64,000 nt of DNA from Mobula hypostoma (GCF_963921235.1 NC_086108.1:113834001-113898000); one strand, 5' to 3'. Counted from the stretch's first letter, positions 50,594-63,942 are shown. A program made the numbers and translations. Notes: generated by a model from the sequence alone, not told the origin.

Positions 50594-50813
50594 CTGTACA
50601 AAAACACATGAAGGAATTCAGATTCTGGTACAGAAATAATATTATCTGCTGTACACTCTACAAACTTACAGTGTCAGTCAATTAAAAAAAAACAAAACAA
50701 ACAGGAAGGAATTCAATTCAAATGTGGGCTATTGATCAAACATTTTTGAATTCAGATTTAGATTTATCTATTCATTATGTGTAACCAAAACATTATGTGT
50801 AACCAAGAAGTGT

Positions 50814-50863
50814 CACGCAACACACATAAAAGTTGCTGGTGAAGATTTCCTTGTGTTTGCGTG
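50814..50863. mobile_element. 50-bp miniature made of the two PLE termini
   Basis: cacgcaacacacataaaagttgctggtgaa joined to gatttccttgtgtttgcgtg; 9-bp TSD aagaagtgt at 50805-50813 and 50864-50872. Confidence 0.65.
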
Positions 50864-50974
50864 AAGAAGTGTGCTGCTTGCAAGAACTAACACATCCAAG
50901 GATGCGCTAGGGGCAAATGTCACCACACATTCTAGTTCCAACATAGCAGTCGCAGTCGCTCAAACTGAATATGA

Positions 50975-52560
50975 TGTTCTTCTAAGTTGTCTACTGGTGG
51001 GTTCTCAGGTGGCTGTGGGGTACTCTGCTTCTGCTTGGTACTGCGCAAGCACTGCTGAGCGGCTGTTATAACGCACAGTCGGTGTGGACGACGGTGGGAG
51101 TTAATTTGTAAAGTAAGCTTTTTTGACTAGATCCTCTAAATCGATTTGATTTGAGTCTATCTTTAAAAATATTAATGTCAGAAATACTGCGCAGGTCTGG
51201 CAGCAGAAGATTCCACTCTTGTTGATCTTGGGTAGAGGGAGTACTGGTAGCAAATCTTATTGAATGAAGGAGTTTCCAATATGTGAGGTCCGGTTTGCTG
51301 TCTAGTTGAACTGACCCTGTGACAAATGGAGTGATGTTGTGAACTTTGAAAATAAAAATTAACGATAGTTTAATACGTCAGTTTTCAAGTGGTTCCCACT
51401 GAAGGTTAGAGAACATGTTGGAGACACTGGATTTCCTGCTGTAATCTTTTAACACAAAGCGAGCAGCACAGCATTGGATTTTTTCGATGTACTTCTTACT
51501 GTTAGCTTGATGGGGATCCCATATGGCTGCGCAATACTCAAGCTTTGGACGGATGAGTGTCTTATATGCCATGTCCTTAATGGGTTTACTACATGAGTGG
51601 AGGTTTCTTCTCAGGATACCCAGCATTTTATTTGCTTTGGCTGTAATCTGATTGATGTGGGATGACCAATTAAGATCCTTGCTAATTTCAACACCAAGAT
51701 ATGGGTGGTAGGTGACTGTTTCAAGAATCTGCCCATTCATGTCCTATGTTTGTTGATTGGTTTAACTTTGTGACTGATAGGCATAGCCTAACATTTAGAT
51801 GAGTTAAAAGACATTTGCCACTGAGACTCCCATTGACACAATGAATCAATATCACCTTGCAGCAGTTGAGCATCTTGGTCATTTTTTATCTCACGGTAGA
51901 TTATGCAGTCATCTGCAAAAAGTCTGACTTTGGACTTGACTACATTTGGCAAGTCGTTGATGTAAATGAGAAAAAGTAAGGGTCCCAACACGGTCCCCTG
52001 GGGCACTCTGTATGTTACTGGAGATTCAGGGGACTCTGCCCCCTCAAAAAGCACACGTTGCTGTCTGTTGGTAAGGAACATGTTTAACCAATGTAGAAAG
52101 CTGCTGTTAATGCCCACATGTTCAAGCTTACGTAGCAATCTCTGGTGGGGGACCGTGTCAAATGCCTTACTGAAGTCGAGTATGATCAAGTCTGCTTGGC
52201 TTCAACTTGTCAAGGATCTTTGCTAAATCGTTGATCAACCCTGCAATTTGCATGTCACAAGATCTGTCCTGTCGGAATCCATGTTGATGGTGAGTAAGAG
52301 CATTGTGTCTGTCTAGATGGTCCATAATGTGATGGTGAATAATATGTTCAAGAATTTTACAAGGGATGGAAGTGAGTGAAACTAGTCTGTACACTCGCCC
52401 TTCTTATAAATTGGAACGACATTCACTTTCAACCAATTGCCCGGTAATGTCCCAGTATCAATAGACTTCTGGAATATCTTTTGCAAAACAGGAGCTAGAC
52501 TGGAAGCACAACTCTTTAGAATCATAGCTAGTATTTGATCAGGTCCTGGTGTTTTCTTAG
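50975..52560 (-). mobile_element. Divergent CR1-group LINE (invertebrate-like RT), 5'-truncated
   Basis: LDFSKAFDTVPH, VPQGTVLGPLLFLIYINDLP, RLFADDCIIYREI and KANKMLGILRRNL..PKLEYCAAIWDP; clearly different from the other CR1s here. Confidence 0.85.
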
Positions 52561-52770
52561 GCTGTAATTCCTCGAGGTCCAATCCAGAATCCACATATTC
52601 TGGTACAGTGTGGGCAAGAGTAAGTGGTGGCTGTGGTTAGTGCTTGGGTTTTTTGATTGTTCTGTCTCTCCTTTCCCATCTGCTGCTTGTTCTCTGCAGC
52701 ACAGCAGAGTTCATTCTCAGGCAGCGCAACTCCCTCTTGAACAAATTTCCTCCAGGTGTGTCTTCTCAGT
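52560..52770 (-). mobile_element. RTE-type LINE C-terminal fragment
   Basis: R.TWR..VQEG...CPHCTRICG..IG zinc-knuckle-like RTE C-terminus. Confidence 0.55.
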
Positions 52771-53273
52771 AGTGCCTTCAGCAGAACACAAGCAACAGCA
52801 ACAGCATAATAAACAAAGCAAAACAAGCACCTTTTCTCCCTCTCACCCAATCAAGCCCACAGACAGGCCTCCAACTTTAATACAGGCCACCTCCATATCT
52901 ACAACCTCCAGTCCCTGGCCTGGACTCATGGGCATTGGGCCTCCAATGCCTTGATACACTGAACAAGTGGCCTTGATCATTGGGCTTCAACCTCCATATT
53001 CACTGACTAAATGTGGATATACATTAAAAAGAATTCTCTCTTCAGCTTTTCGCAAGATAGTTAAAGCAAGATTTTTCCAGAAAGTGATCCACAAGTCATT
53101 CAAAATTATGTATAGCTTCTTGATAAACCAAGCTGTTCTTTCCTTTTCCTCATCGCTCACATGTAACACACAACCTTAGGATACTCCGGTGCACTTAACA
53201 CCGAACATTTATTCCCCTCTGTATGGGTTCCCCATGAGGTTTTCTTTTCAGGAAACCCCAAAGTACTTTACAG

Positions 53274-53565
53274 CAGCACAGTAGTATAGTGGTCAGCACT
53301 TTGCTTTGTAGCATCAGTGACCCGGGTTCAATTCCCGCCGCTGTATGCAATGACTTTGTACATTCACCCCATGACTGTATGGGTTCCCTCCAGGTACTTT
53401 AGTTTCCTCCCAACGTCAAAGAGAGACATCAGTTGGTAGGTTAATTGGTTATTGCAAATTGTCCTGTGATTAGGCTCGGATTAAATCTGGGATTGCTGGG
53501 TTGCACGGCTTAAAGAGTCAGAAGGGGCCTCATCCACAACGTTATCTCAATAAATAAATAAATAA
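53274..53565 (+). mobile_element. tRNA-derived V-SINE (HE1-like)
   Basis: A box-like gtagtatagtgg, B box GGTTCAATTCC, V-domain-like tgggttccctccaggt..gtttcctccca, (AATA)n tail. Confidence 0.75.
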
Positions 53566-53573
53566 TGAAACTA

Positions 53574-53855
53574 TACTCAGTGGCCATTTTATTGGGTACA
53601 CCTGCTTGTTAATGCAAATATCCAATCAGGCTGTCATGTGACAGCAACTCAACGCACAGAAGCATGCAGATGTGGTCAAGAGATTCAGTTGTTGTTCAGG
53701 CCAAACATCAGTATGGGGAACAAATGTGATCTAAGGGTCTTTGACTGTGGAATGATGGTGGCAGAAGGGGTGGTTTGAATATCTCAGAAACTGATCTTGG
53801 ATTTTCGTGCACAACAATCTCTAGAGTTTACAGAGAATAGCGCAAAAAACAAAAA
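53574..53855 (+). mobile_element. Tc1/mariner end fragment
   Basis: ctcagtggccattttattgggtacacctg TIR-like start and a decayed transposase N-terminus. Confidence 0.7.
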
Positions 53856-53859
53856 AAGT

Positions 53860-54160
53860 TGATTGGGACTACAACTGGAGGTCATGGGTTAAGGGTGAAA
53901 GGTATAATGTTTAAGGGAAATATGAGGGGAAACTTCTTCACTCTGAGGATCATGACAACGTGGAACAAACTGCCAGCACAAGTGGTGGATGTGAGCTCAA
54001 TTTCAACGTTTAACAGAAGTTTGGAGAGGTACATGGATGGGAGAGGTATGCAGAGCAATGGTCCTGGAGCAAGTCAATGGGACTAGGCAGTTTAAATGGT
54101 TGGGTGGGCCAGAAGGGCCAAAGGGCCTGTTTCTGTGCTGTACTTCTCTGTGACTCTATC
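53860..54160 (+). mobile_element. CR1 3' fragment
   Basis: GHGLRVKG.MFKGNMRGNFFT..WNKLP motif and CR1 3'UTR. Confidence 0.8.
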
Positions 54161-54319
54161 TACTGAGCAGCAGTTCTGTGGATGGTCTTGATTAGGTACA
54201 GGAAGCAAGTTGTCACTGAGTGTATTTGAAGACAGGCACACTTTATGTACCACTGAGCACTGAGTATATTTCAATTCTTATGCAATTGAAGATTAAAACT
54301 AAGATCAGCATCAGTGAAC

Positions 54320-54511
54320 CTGAGTGACTAGTTTGTGGAGTGCGAAGCTTGCAAGCTGGTCTTGTATTGTGGCTGCTGCTGGTGGTGGACACAGGAGACT
54401 TCCGAATTTTGGTTTCATCAAAGCCCTTGAATGAGGAGCTGCTCTGAGCTGAGGCAGCTGTAAACTCGCTTCTATTTCCTGCATTTGAACTCTTATCACC
54501 AAAGTACGATT
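54320..54511 (-). CDS. MSH4: MSH4 coding exon (equivalent to vertebrate exon 2), N-terminal low-complexity region
   Basis: Acceptor ttttgacag|AA; translates (E)SYFGDKSSNAGNRSEF...KLRTPQTSHS(V), resembling the vertebrate MSH4 SYFGNK...TPQVGYS segment. 192 bp, phase 1/1. Donor CAG|GTTCAC is weak but joins in frame to the next exon. Confidence 0.8.
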
Positions 54512-54589
54512 CTGTCAAAATTGAAATCAACAAAATCATGAATAAATTCCAAAAATACCTAAAACATTTTCTTAAAAGTAAGCTTCCTA

Positions 54590-57500
54590 AGTTCATTAGC
54601 GGCGGACCAATAAATTAGCAGAGAGAGTGAGCTTCGCACAGGTCAGGGAGAAGAGTTTAAAAAAGGAACATTAGCGGCGATTCATTTGCAGGAGCAAATA
54701 GAAGTAAAGCAGGGTCAAAGCAGAGCGGCCATTGTGAGGGGAGCAGTGTAGGAGTGGGTTTGGCGAGGAGGCACAGCTAAGTAGGAAGTAAGGGTTTTGT
54801 AGTGGTCGAATAAAAAGTCACTAAATTACAGCTAATTAAATAAAGGGATGATGCAAGATCTGGTGATGTGCTGTCGCTGCATAATGTGGGAGCTGGTGGA
54901 CCCCATTGTGGTTCCTGGTGACCACATTTGCAGCAAGAGTTGGCAACTCAAGCTCAAAGGTGATGACCTACAATCTGAGCTTCAAACACTGCGGCACATC
55001 AGGGAAGGGGAGAGTTCCCTGGATTCTCTGTTTCAGGAGGTAGCCACACCCATTAGGTTAACTGCCTCAAATTTAGTATGTGTCAGGAACAAGAGGGTGT
55101 GACTGCGAGTGAGGTGGGTAGTAGAATCCAAGAGACAGTGCTAGAGGTGCCTCAAACCTTGAGCTTGTCCAACAGGTCTGAGATTTTTGCTCCCTGTGTG
55201 GATGACAGTGAGGGCTGTAGGAAGGATGAGCAACCTAACTATGGCACCATAGTTCAGGGAACCATTCAAGAGGGGGGAAAGAAGAGAAATGTAGTGGTAA
55301 CTGAAGGTAGTATACTCATGGTGATAGACAATAGAGTTCTCTATCGCGAAGATAAGAGCGTCCCGAAGGCTGCATTGCCAGCCTGGTGCCTGGGTTCTGG
55401 ACATCTTATCTGACCCTCAGAGGAATTTGCAGTGGGAGGGGAAAGATCCAGTTGTGATGGTCCATGTGGGTAGCAACGACATAGGTAGAATAATGAAAGA
55501 GGTTCTGCTGAGGGAATTTGAGCATCTAGGAATTAAATTAAAGAGCAGAACCAAAAAGGTAGTAATTTCTGGATTACTACCTGAGCCATGTGCGAATTAG
55601 CATAGGGTCAAAAAGATTAGAGAGTTAAATGCATAGCTCAAGGATAGGTGTGGGAGAAGTGGGTTTGGATTCATGGGAAATAGGCACCGGTATTGGGGAA
55701 GGAGGGAGCTGTACCAATAGATTTTTCATGGTGCTCAGCAGAAGTATATTCCAGTTGAAAGCAAGGACAGTAAGGGTGGGGAGAGCCAGCCTTGGATAAC
55801 TAAGAAAATAAAAGAAGGCATCAAACTAAAAGTTCATGCATACAAAGTCACCAAGAGTAATGGAAAACTGGATGATTGGGAAAACTTTAAACAGCAACAA
55901 ATACCATTAAGTGAGCAATAATGAAAGCGAAGCTAGATTATGAAAATAAACTAGCACAAAATATAAAAGCAGGTAGTAAAAATTTTTTTATAAGTATATA
56001 AAGCTGAAAAGGGTAGCTAAAGTGAATGTATGTCCCTTGGAGGACCAGAAGTGAGAATTGATATTGGGTAATGAGGAAATGTTCAAGGATTTGAGTGACT
56101 ATTTTGTGTTGGTCTTCTCAGCGGAGGCCACATCTAACATGCCAAAGAGAAGTTATGGGTGCGATGGGAGGTGAGGACCCCGATACAATAGCTACTGCTA
56201 AAGAGGTAGTGCTGAGTAAACTTGTAGGCTGAATATAAACATAAGAGCATAAGAAATAGGAGCAAGAGTCAGCCATCTGGCCCGTTGAGCCTGCTCTGCC
56301 ATTCAATAAGATCAGGGCTGATCAGGCCATGGACTCACCTTCACGTACCTGCCTTTTCCCCATAACCCTTAATTCCCCTGAAGATAGGTAAGTCCCCTAG
56401 ACCTGATGGAATGCATCCCAGAGCACTGAAAGAAATGGCAGAAGTTAATAGTAGAGGCTATGGTGATGATTTACCAAAATTCTCCTTACTCTGGGCAGGT
56501 CCTGGCAGATTGGGAGGTGTCAAATGTCATGCCACTGTTCAAAAAATGATGTAGGCAAAAGGCAGGCAACTAAAGGCCAGTTAATTTAACATGTGTAGTT
56601 GGAAAAATACTCGAAGCTATCATTAAAGAAATAGCGAGGCATCTGGAAAGAAATGGATCTATCAGGCAGACACAGCATGGTTTCAGCAAAGGCAGGACCT
56701 GTTCTTTGAGAATATAACGAGCACAGTGGATAGAGGGAAACAGATGGATGTTATTTATTTGGATTTCCAGAAGGCATTCGATAAGGTGCCACATAAAAGA
56801 CTCATCCATAAGATAAGGATGCATAGAGTTGGGGGTGATGTATGAGCATGGATAGAGGATTGGTTAAATAGAAAGCAGAGTTGGGATACATGGGTGTTAC
56901 TCCGGTTGGCAATCAGTAGTGAACGGTGTGCTGCAAGGGTCGGTGCTGGGCCCGCAGCTGTTCATGATATACATTAACAATCTGGAAGAGGGGGCCAAGT
57001 GTAGTGTATCTAAGTTTGCTGATGATACTAAATTGAATGGAAAAGCAAATCGTGCAGAAGATACGGAGAGTCTGCAGAGATACAGATAGGAGAAGTGAGT
57101 GGGCAAGAGTCTGGCAGATGGAATACGTTGATAAATGCGAGGTCATCCACTTTGCAAAGAAAAATGAAAGAGCAGATTATTATTTAAATGGTAAAAAATT
57201 GCAGCATGCTGTTGTGCAGAGGGACTTGGGAGTGCTTGTGCACGAATCACAAAAGGTTGGTTAGTAGGTGCAGCAGGCTATCAAAAAGGCAAATGGAATG
57301 TTGGCCTTCATTACTAGAGGGATTGAATTTAAGAGCGGGGAGGTTATGCTGCAACTGTACAGGGTACTGGTGAGGCCACACCTGGAATACTGCATGCAGT
57401 TCTGGTCTCCTTATTTGAAAAAGGACATACTGGCTTTGGAGGCGGTGCAGAAAAGGTTCACTAGGTTGATTCCAGAAATGAAGGGATTAGACTGCGAGGA

Positions 57501-57950
57501 GAGATTCAGTCGCCTGGAACTGTACTTGCTGGAATTCATTAGATTGGGAGGAGATCATATAGAAACAAATTAAATTGTGAAAGAGATAGATAAGATAGAG
57601 GCAGGAAAGTTGTTTCCACTGGTAGGAGAGACTAGAACTAGGGGATATAGCCTCAAGATTTGGGGCAGTAGATTTAGGATGGAGATGAGGAGGAAATACT
57701 TTTCCCAGAGTGGTGAATCTGTGGAATTCTCTGCCCAATGAAGCAGTGGAGACTACCTCAGTAAATATACTTAAGACAAGGTTGGATAGATTTTTACATC
57801 GTAGTGGAATTAAGGGTTATGGGGAAAAGGCAGGTAGGTGGAGATGAGACCATGGCCAGATCAATCATGATCTTATTGAATGGTTTAACAGGCTCAATGG
57901 GCCAAATGGCCTACTCCTGCTCCTATTTCTTATGTTCGTATGTTCTTATG
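54590..57950 (+). mobile_element. CR1 LINE with 5'UTR and ORF1, internal deletion of APE (~55720), decayed RT
   Basis: ORF1 CCRCIMW and esterase motifs, RT motifs, (TTCTTATG)n tail; small minus-strand CR1 tail inserted at ~56237-56380. Confidence 0.85.
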
Positions 57951-59385
57951 CACACAAGGGGATGGGTTAAACTAGTGCTGCAAGGGGATGGGGACCAGAC
58001 CACCAAAGAAATAGTGTGGTGGTTGTGGTGAAAGATGTTGTTAAACTTCTATACAAAAATGAGAATCAAAAGGTTGAGCATGGAGGGATTAAAGTTCTGA
58101 ACTGCAAATATTTCAATACATGGGGTGTTGTAGGAAAAGTGAATGAGCTTAGGACATGTGGAATTCTGACATTGTAGACATCAGTGGAGTTGGTTGAATG
58201 AGGGGGCAGGACTAATACGTAGATAGATACTTTATTGATCCCAAAGGAAATTACAGTGTCACAGTAGCATTACAAGCGCACAGATATACAAATATTAGAA
58301 GAGAAGGAAGAAAGAATAGAATATGAGTTACCTCAAACAGTCCAACAGGAGGGGGTCATCACTTCCCCGCTGCAGGTTGGCTCTATTACTAAAAGTGGCC
58401 CACTGTTCAGCCAAGATTGCTTGCAGAGGGTTAGAAGAATTGTCCAAAATTGCCAGCTCAATGTTCCAGAGTTCTGTTGTTTTAGATGTGATAGAGTTGG
58501 AAGGATTAAAGTGGTCAGGGAAAATGTCACAGCAGTACTTAGTCAGGACAGACTGGACAGCTCGTCTGGTGAGGATTTATGGGTAGAACTGAGGAATAGG
58601 GAAATTATGACCACATAATTACAGCCCATCTAAGTCCGAGGGAGTTCAAGGAGAAAATCTGTAGAGATTGTAGACCGTTGCAAGAAACATAATGTTATAG
58701 TAGGTGATTTTAACTTTCCACAAATTTACTGGAACTCATATACTGTAAAAGGGCTGAATGGAAAAGAGTTTGCCAGATGTGTTCAGGAAAGTTTCCTTAC
58801 TCGGTATGTACAAGTTCCAACTCAAGAGTGCAATACCTTATCTGTTATTAGTGAATGAGACTGGGCAGGTGACAGAAGTTTGTGCAGAAGAACACTTTAC
58901 ATCTAGTGACAATAATGTATTTGTTTCAAGGTAATTATGGAAAAGGATAGGTCTCATCCTCAGGTTGAGATTCTAAATTGGAGAATGCCTGATTTTTGTG
59001 CTATCAGAAAGGTTACAGCAAGTGTGGATTGGGAAAGGTTGTTCACTGTCAAAGCTGTAATTGGGAGGACTTCAAACCTGAAATTTTGAGAGTACAGAGT
59101 CTGTATGTTCCCATCAGAATAAAAGGCAAGATTAAGAGGTTTAGGGAAATCTGATTTTTGGGAGATATTGAGGCCCGAGTTAAAACAAAGGAGGTGCCTA
59201 GCAGGTAGAGGCAGGCAGGAACAAATGAGGTACTTGAGGAGTATAAGAAATGCAAGAGAACACTTCAGAAGGAAATCAGGAGGGCTAGAAGAAGCCATGA
59301 GCTTACTCGTGCAGACAAAGTGACAAAGAATCTTGAAAGGTTCTACAGATATACTAAGAGTAAAAGGATAGTAAAGGACAAATAT
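57950..59385 (+). mobile_element. Old CR1 ORF2 5' (APE) fragment with a short minus-strand LINE 3' insert at ~58215-58470
   Basis: Homologous to the CR1 'c' APE region (LWVELRN, GDFNFP). Confidence 0.7.
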
Positions 59386-59389
59386 ATGT

Positions 59390-60042
59390 AAAGATATGTC
59401 CTCCACAGCCACCTGTGGCAACCAATTAGACAGATTCACCACCCCCTGCCTAAAGAAATCCCTCATCTCTGTTCTAAAAGGATGCCCCTGTATTCTGAGC
59501 CTTTGACCTCTGATCTTAGACTCTCCCACCACAGGAAACATTTTCTCCACATCCACTCTATCAAGGCCTTTCACCATTCGATAGGTTTCAATTAGGTCAC
59601 TCCTCATTCTTATGAATTCTAATGAATACAGGCCAAGAGTCCTCAAATGCATTCTATCCTGGAATGATTTTCCTGAACTTCCTTTGAACCTTCTTCAGTG
59701 TCAGCACACCCTTTCTAAGATAAGTGGGTCAGAACTGCTCTCAATACTCCAAGTGAGGCCTCAACAGTGCTTTATAAAGTTTCAGCATCACATCCTTGCT
59801 TTTATATATTAGTCCTCTTGAAATGAATACTAACGTTGCATTTGCCTTCCTCAGCACAGACCCAACCTTCAAATTAACCTTTAGGGAATCCTGCACAAGG
59901 ACTCCCAAGTACCTCTGCACCTCAGATTTTTGAATTTTCTCTATTTAGAAAATAGTCAACCCTTTCATTCCTTCTACCAAAGTCCAGACACTGTATTCCA
60001 TCTGCCACTTCTTTGCCTATTCTCCTAATCTGTCTAAGTCCT
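59390..60042 (-). mobile_element. CR1 3' region (continues at 63943-64000 beyond the inserted CR1)
   Basis: LGLYSLEF.RMRSDLIETY motif; sequence resumes ...tagcctctctacttcc at the window end. Confidence 0.8.
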
Positions 60043-63000
60043 AGGGGAGATTGTGGAAAGTGTGTCCAGGTTCAGCTCCTGAAGGACCGTGTTGAAGCAC
60101 TGGAGAAGCAACTGGATGACCTCAGGTTCATCCGGGTAACGAGAGTTTTCTGGACAGGATCTACAGCGAGATCGTTACACCGAAGATACCGGGGGGGGGC
60201 GATGATGAGGGAGGGATGGATGCTTGGAATACAGGAGACCCCGGGGGATGTACCTCTTGAAAACAGGTTCACCCTCTTGGAAGCTGTCAGGACAGAAGAC
60301 ATTGCCAGTCTGAGAAGAGGACAGGTATGCAAGTCAAAAATTGGCGCTGAAACAAAGCCGAGGAGACAGAAGTCAGGCAGAGCCGTGGTAGTAGGGGACT
60401 CCCCAGGGAGAGGTACAGAAAGGGGTTTTTGCGGCAACAGGCGGGATTTAAGGATGGTGTGTTGCCTCCCTGGTGCCAGGATCCAGGACGTCACAGACCA
60501 ATTGCAGGGCATCCTCAAGGGTGAAGGTGAACAGCCGGAAGTGGTGATGCATGTCGGCACGAACGACGTCGGAAGGAAGAAAGAAATTCTGCAGCGTGAC
60601 TTCAGAGAACTCGGAAGAAGGCTGACAAGCAGGACCTCCAGGGTGGTTATCTCCGGTTTGCTTCCAGTTCCTTGTGCTGGTGAGGGCAGGAACAGGGAGA
60701 TAGGGGATCTGAAAGTGTGGCTGAGCAGCTGGTGTGGGAGGCAGGGATTTAGATTCTTGGACCACTGGGATCTGTTTTGGGGTAAGGATGAATTGTACAG
60801 AAGGGATGGGTTGCATCTTAACAGACGGGGGACAAGCATTCTGGCAGGCAGGTTTGTCACTGCTACATGAGTGTGTTTAAACTAAGTAGTGGGGGGGAGG
60901 GGACGAACTGGAAATATAAGGATGGAGTTAAAGGGAAAGAGAGAATAAGAAAAGTTAAGAAAGACAACAGAATTAACGGGGCAGAAAGCTCAGGAAGGGA
61001 TCAGACAGCATGGCCAAGTGCAATAGGAATCGATGTGAAAGGTGAGGGGAGTAAAAGTATTACTTTAAATGGAGCAAAAATATTATATATGATTGCACGG
61101 AATGGATGAGCTTAAGGCTTAGTTGGAAATTGGCAAGTATGATGTTGTGGGTAACAGAGACATAGCTGCAAGAGGACCAGGGCTGGGAAATGAATATTCA
61201 GGGATATACATCCTATCGAAAGGACAGACAGGTTGGCAGAGGGGGTGGGGTGGCTCTGTTGGTGAGGTATGAAATTCAGTCACTTGCGAGGGGGGTCATA
61301 GAATCTGGAGATGTAGAGTCAGTATGGATAGAATTGAGAAAGTTTAAGGGCAGAAAGACCCTAATGGGAGTTATCTACAGGCCCCCAAACAGTTGCCTGG
61401 ATATAGGGTGCAAGTTAAATCAAGAGTTAAAATTAGCATGTCGCAAAGGTAATACTACAGTTATTATGGGGGATTTCAACATGCAGGTAGACTGGGAAAA
61501 CCAGGTTGGTACTGGACTCCAAGAAGGGAGTTTGTGGAATGCTTCAGAGATGGACTCTTAGAGCAGCTTGTATTAGAGCCTACCAGGGAGAAGGCAATTC
61601 TGGATTTAGTGTTGTGTAATGAGCCAGATTTGATAAGGGAACTCAAGGTAAAGGAGCCATTAGGAGGTAATGACCATAATATGATAAATTTTAATCTACA
61701 TTTTTACAGGGAGAAGGGAAAATTGGAAGTGTCAGTATTAAAGTTGAACAAAGTGGACTATGGAGCCATGAGGGAGGAGCTGGCCAAAGTTGACTGGAAA
61801 GATACCCTAGCAGGGATGACAGTGGAACAACAATGGCAGGTATTTCTGGGAATAATACAGAAGGTGCAGGATCAGTTCATTCCAAAGAGGAAGAAAGATT
61901 CTAAGGGGAGTAAGGGGTGACAGTGGATGACAAGGGAAGTCAAGGACAGTATACAAATCAAAGAGAGGAAGTATAACATAGCGAGGATGAGCGGGAAGCC
62001 AGAGGACCGGAGACTTTTAAGGAGCAACAGAAGATAACGAAAAAGGCAATACGAGTGGAAAAGGTGAGGTACAAAGGTTAGCTAGCCAAGAATATAAAGG
62101 AGGATAGTAAAAGGTTCTTTAGGTACGTGAAGAGGAAAAAATTAGTTAAGACCAAAGTTGGACCTTTGAAGACAGAAATGGGTGAAATTATTATGGGGAA
62201 CAAGGAAATGGCTGATGAGCTGAAGAGGTACTTTGAATCTGTCTTCACTAGGGAAGACACAAACAATCTCCCAGATGTAATAGTGGCCAGAGGACCTAGG
62301 GTAACGGAGGAACTGAAGGAAATTCACATTAGGCAGAAAATGGTGTTGGGTAAACTGATGGGACTGAAGGCTGATAAATCCCCAGGGCCTGATGGTCTGC
62401 ATCCCAGGGCACTTAAGGAGGTGGCTCTAGAAATCGTGGACGCATTAGTAATCGTTTTCCAATGTTCTATAGATTCAGGATCAGTTCCTGCGGATTGGAG
62501 GGTAGCTATTGTTATCCCACTTTTTAAGAAAGGAGGGAGAGGGAAAACAGGGCAATTATAGACCAGTTAGTCTGACATCAGCGGTGGGGAAGATGCTGGA
62601 GTCAATTATAAAAGATGAAATAGCGCCATATTTGGATAGCAGTAGCAGGACAGGTCTGGGTCAGCATGGATTTACGAAGGGGAAATCATGCTTGACTAAT
62701 CTTCTGGAATTTTTTGAGGATGTAACTATGAAAATGGACATGGGAGAGCCAGTGGATGTAGTGTACCTGGACTTTCAGCTTTCAGAAAGCCTTTGATAAG
62801 GTCCCACATAGGAGATTAGTGGGCAAAATTAGAGCACATTGCATTGGGGGTAGGGTACTGACATGGATAGAAAACTGGTTGGCAGACAGGAAACAAAGAG
62901 TAGGGATTCACGGGTCCCTTTCAGAATGGCAGGCAGTGGGGTACCGCAAGGCTCAGTGTTGGGACCGCAGCTATTTACAATGTACATTAATGATTTGGAT

Positions 63001-63942
63001 GAAGGGATTAAAAGTAACATTAGCAAATTTGCAGATGACACAAAGCTGGGTGACAGTGTGAAATGTGAGGAGGATAGTATGAGAATGCAGGGTGACTTGG
63101 ACAGGTTGGGTGAGTGGGCAGATGCAGTTTAATGTGGATAAATATGAGGTTATCCACTTTGGTGGCAAGAACAGGAAGGCAGATTACTATCTGAATGGTG
63201 TCAAGTTAAGAAAGGGGGAAGTACAATGAGATCTGGGTGTCCTTGTTCATCAGTCACCGAAAGTAAGCATACAGGTACAGCAGGCAGTGAAGAAAGCTAA
63301 TGGCATGTTGGCCTTCATAACAAGGGGAGTTGAGTATAGGAGCAAAGAGGTCCTTCTGCAGTTGTACAAGGCCCTGGTAAGACCCCACCTGGAGTATCGT
63401 GTGCAGTTTTGGTCTCCAAATTTGAGGAAGGACATTCTTGCTGTGGAGGGAGTGCAGCGTAGGTTCACTGGGTTAATTCCAGGGATGGCGGGAATGTCAT
63501 ATGTTGAAAGATTGGAGAGACTGGGCTTGTATACACTGGAATTTAGAAGGATGAGAGGGGATCTGATTGAAACATGTAAGATTAATAAGGAATTGGACAC
63601 ACTAGAGGCAGGAAACATATTCCCAATGTTGGGGGAGTCCAGAACCAGAGGCCACAGTTTAAGAATAAGGGGTAGAGCATTTAGAACGGAGTTGAGGAAA
63701 AACTTTTTCACACAGAGGGTTGTGGATCTGTGGAATGCTCTGCCTCAGAAGGTAGTGGAGGTCAATTCTCTGGATTCTTTCAAGAAAGAGTTAGATAGAG
63801 CTCTTAAAGATAGCGGAGTCCAGGGATATGGGGAGAAGGCAGGAACAGGGTACTGATTGTGGATGATCAGCCATGATCACAGTGAATGGCGGTGCTGGCT
63901 CGAACAGCCGAATGGCCTACTCCTGCACCTATTGTCTATTGT
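60043..63942 (+). mobile_element. Near full-length CR1 LINE (ORF1 SGNH esterase open; ORF2 frameshifted)
   Basis: ORF 60013-60870 with VVGDS, CCLPGA, HVGTND and DGLHLN; ORF2 fragments 61190-63856; (CTATTGT)n tail. Confidence 0.93.

Noticed and set aside
60072..60860. Long antisense ORFs over CR1 and PLE coding regions (also 63250-63711 and others)
   Set aside because: Shadow frames of TE ORFs with no independent evidence.
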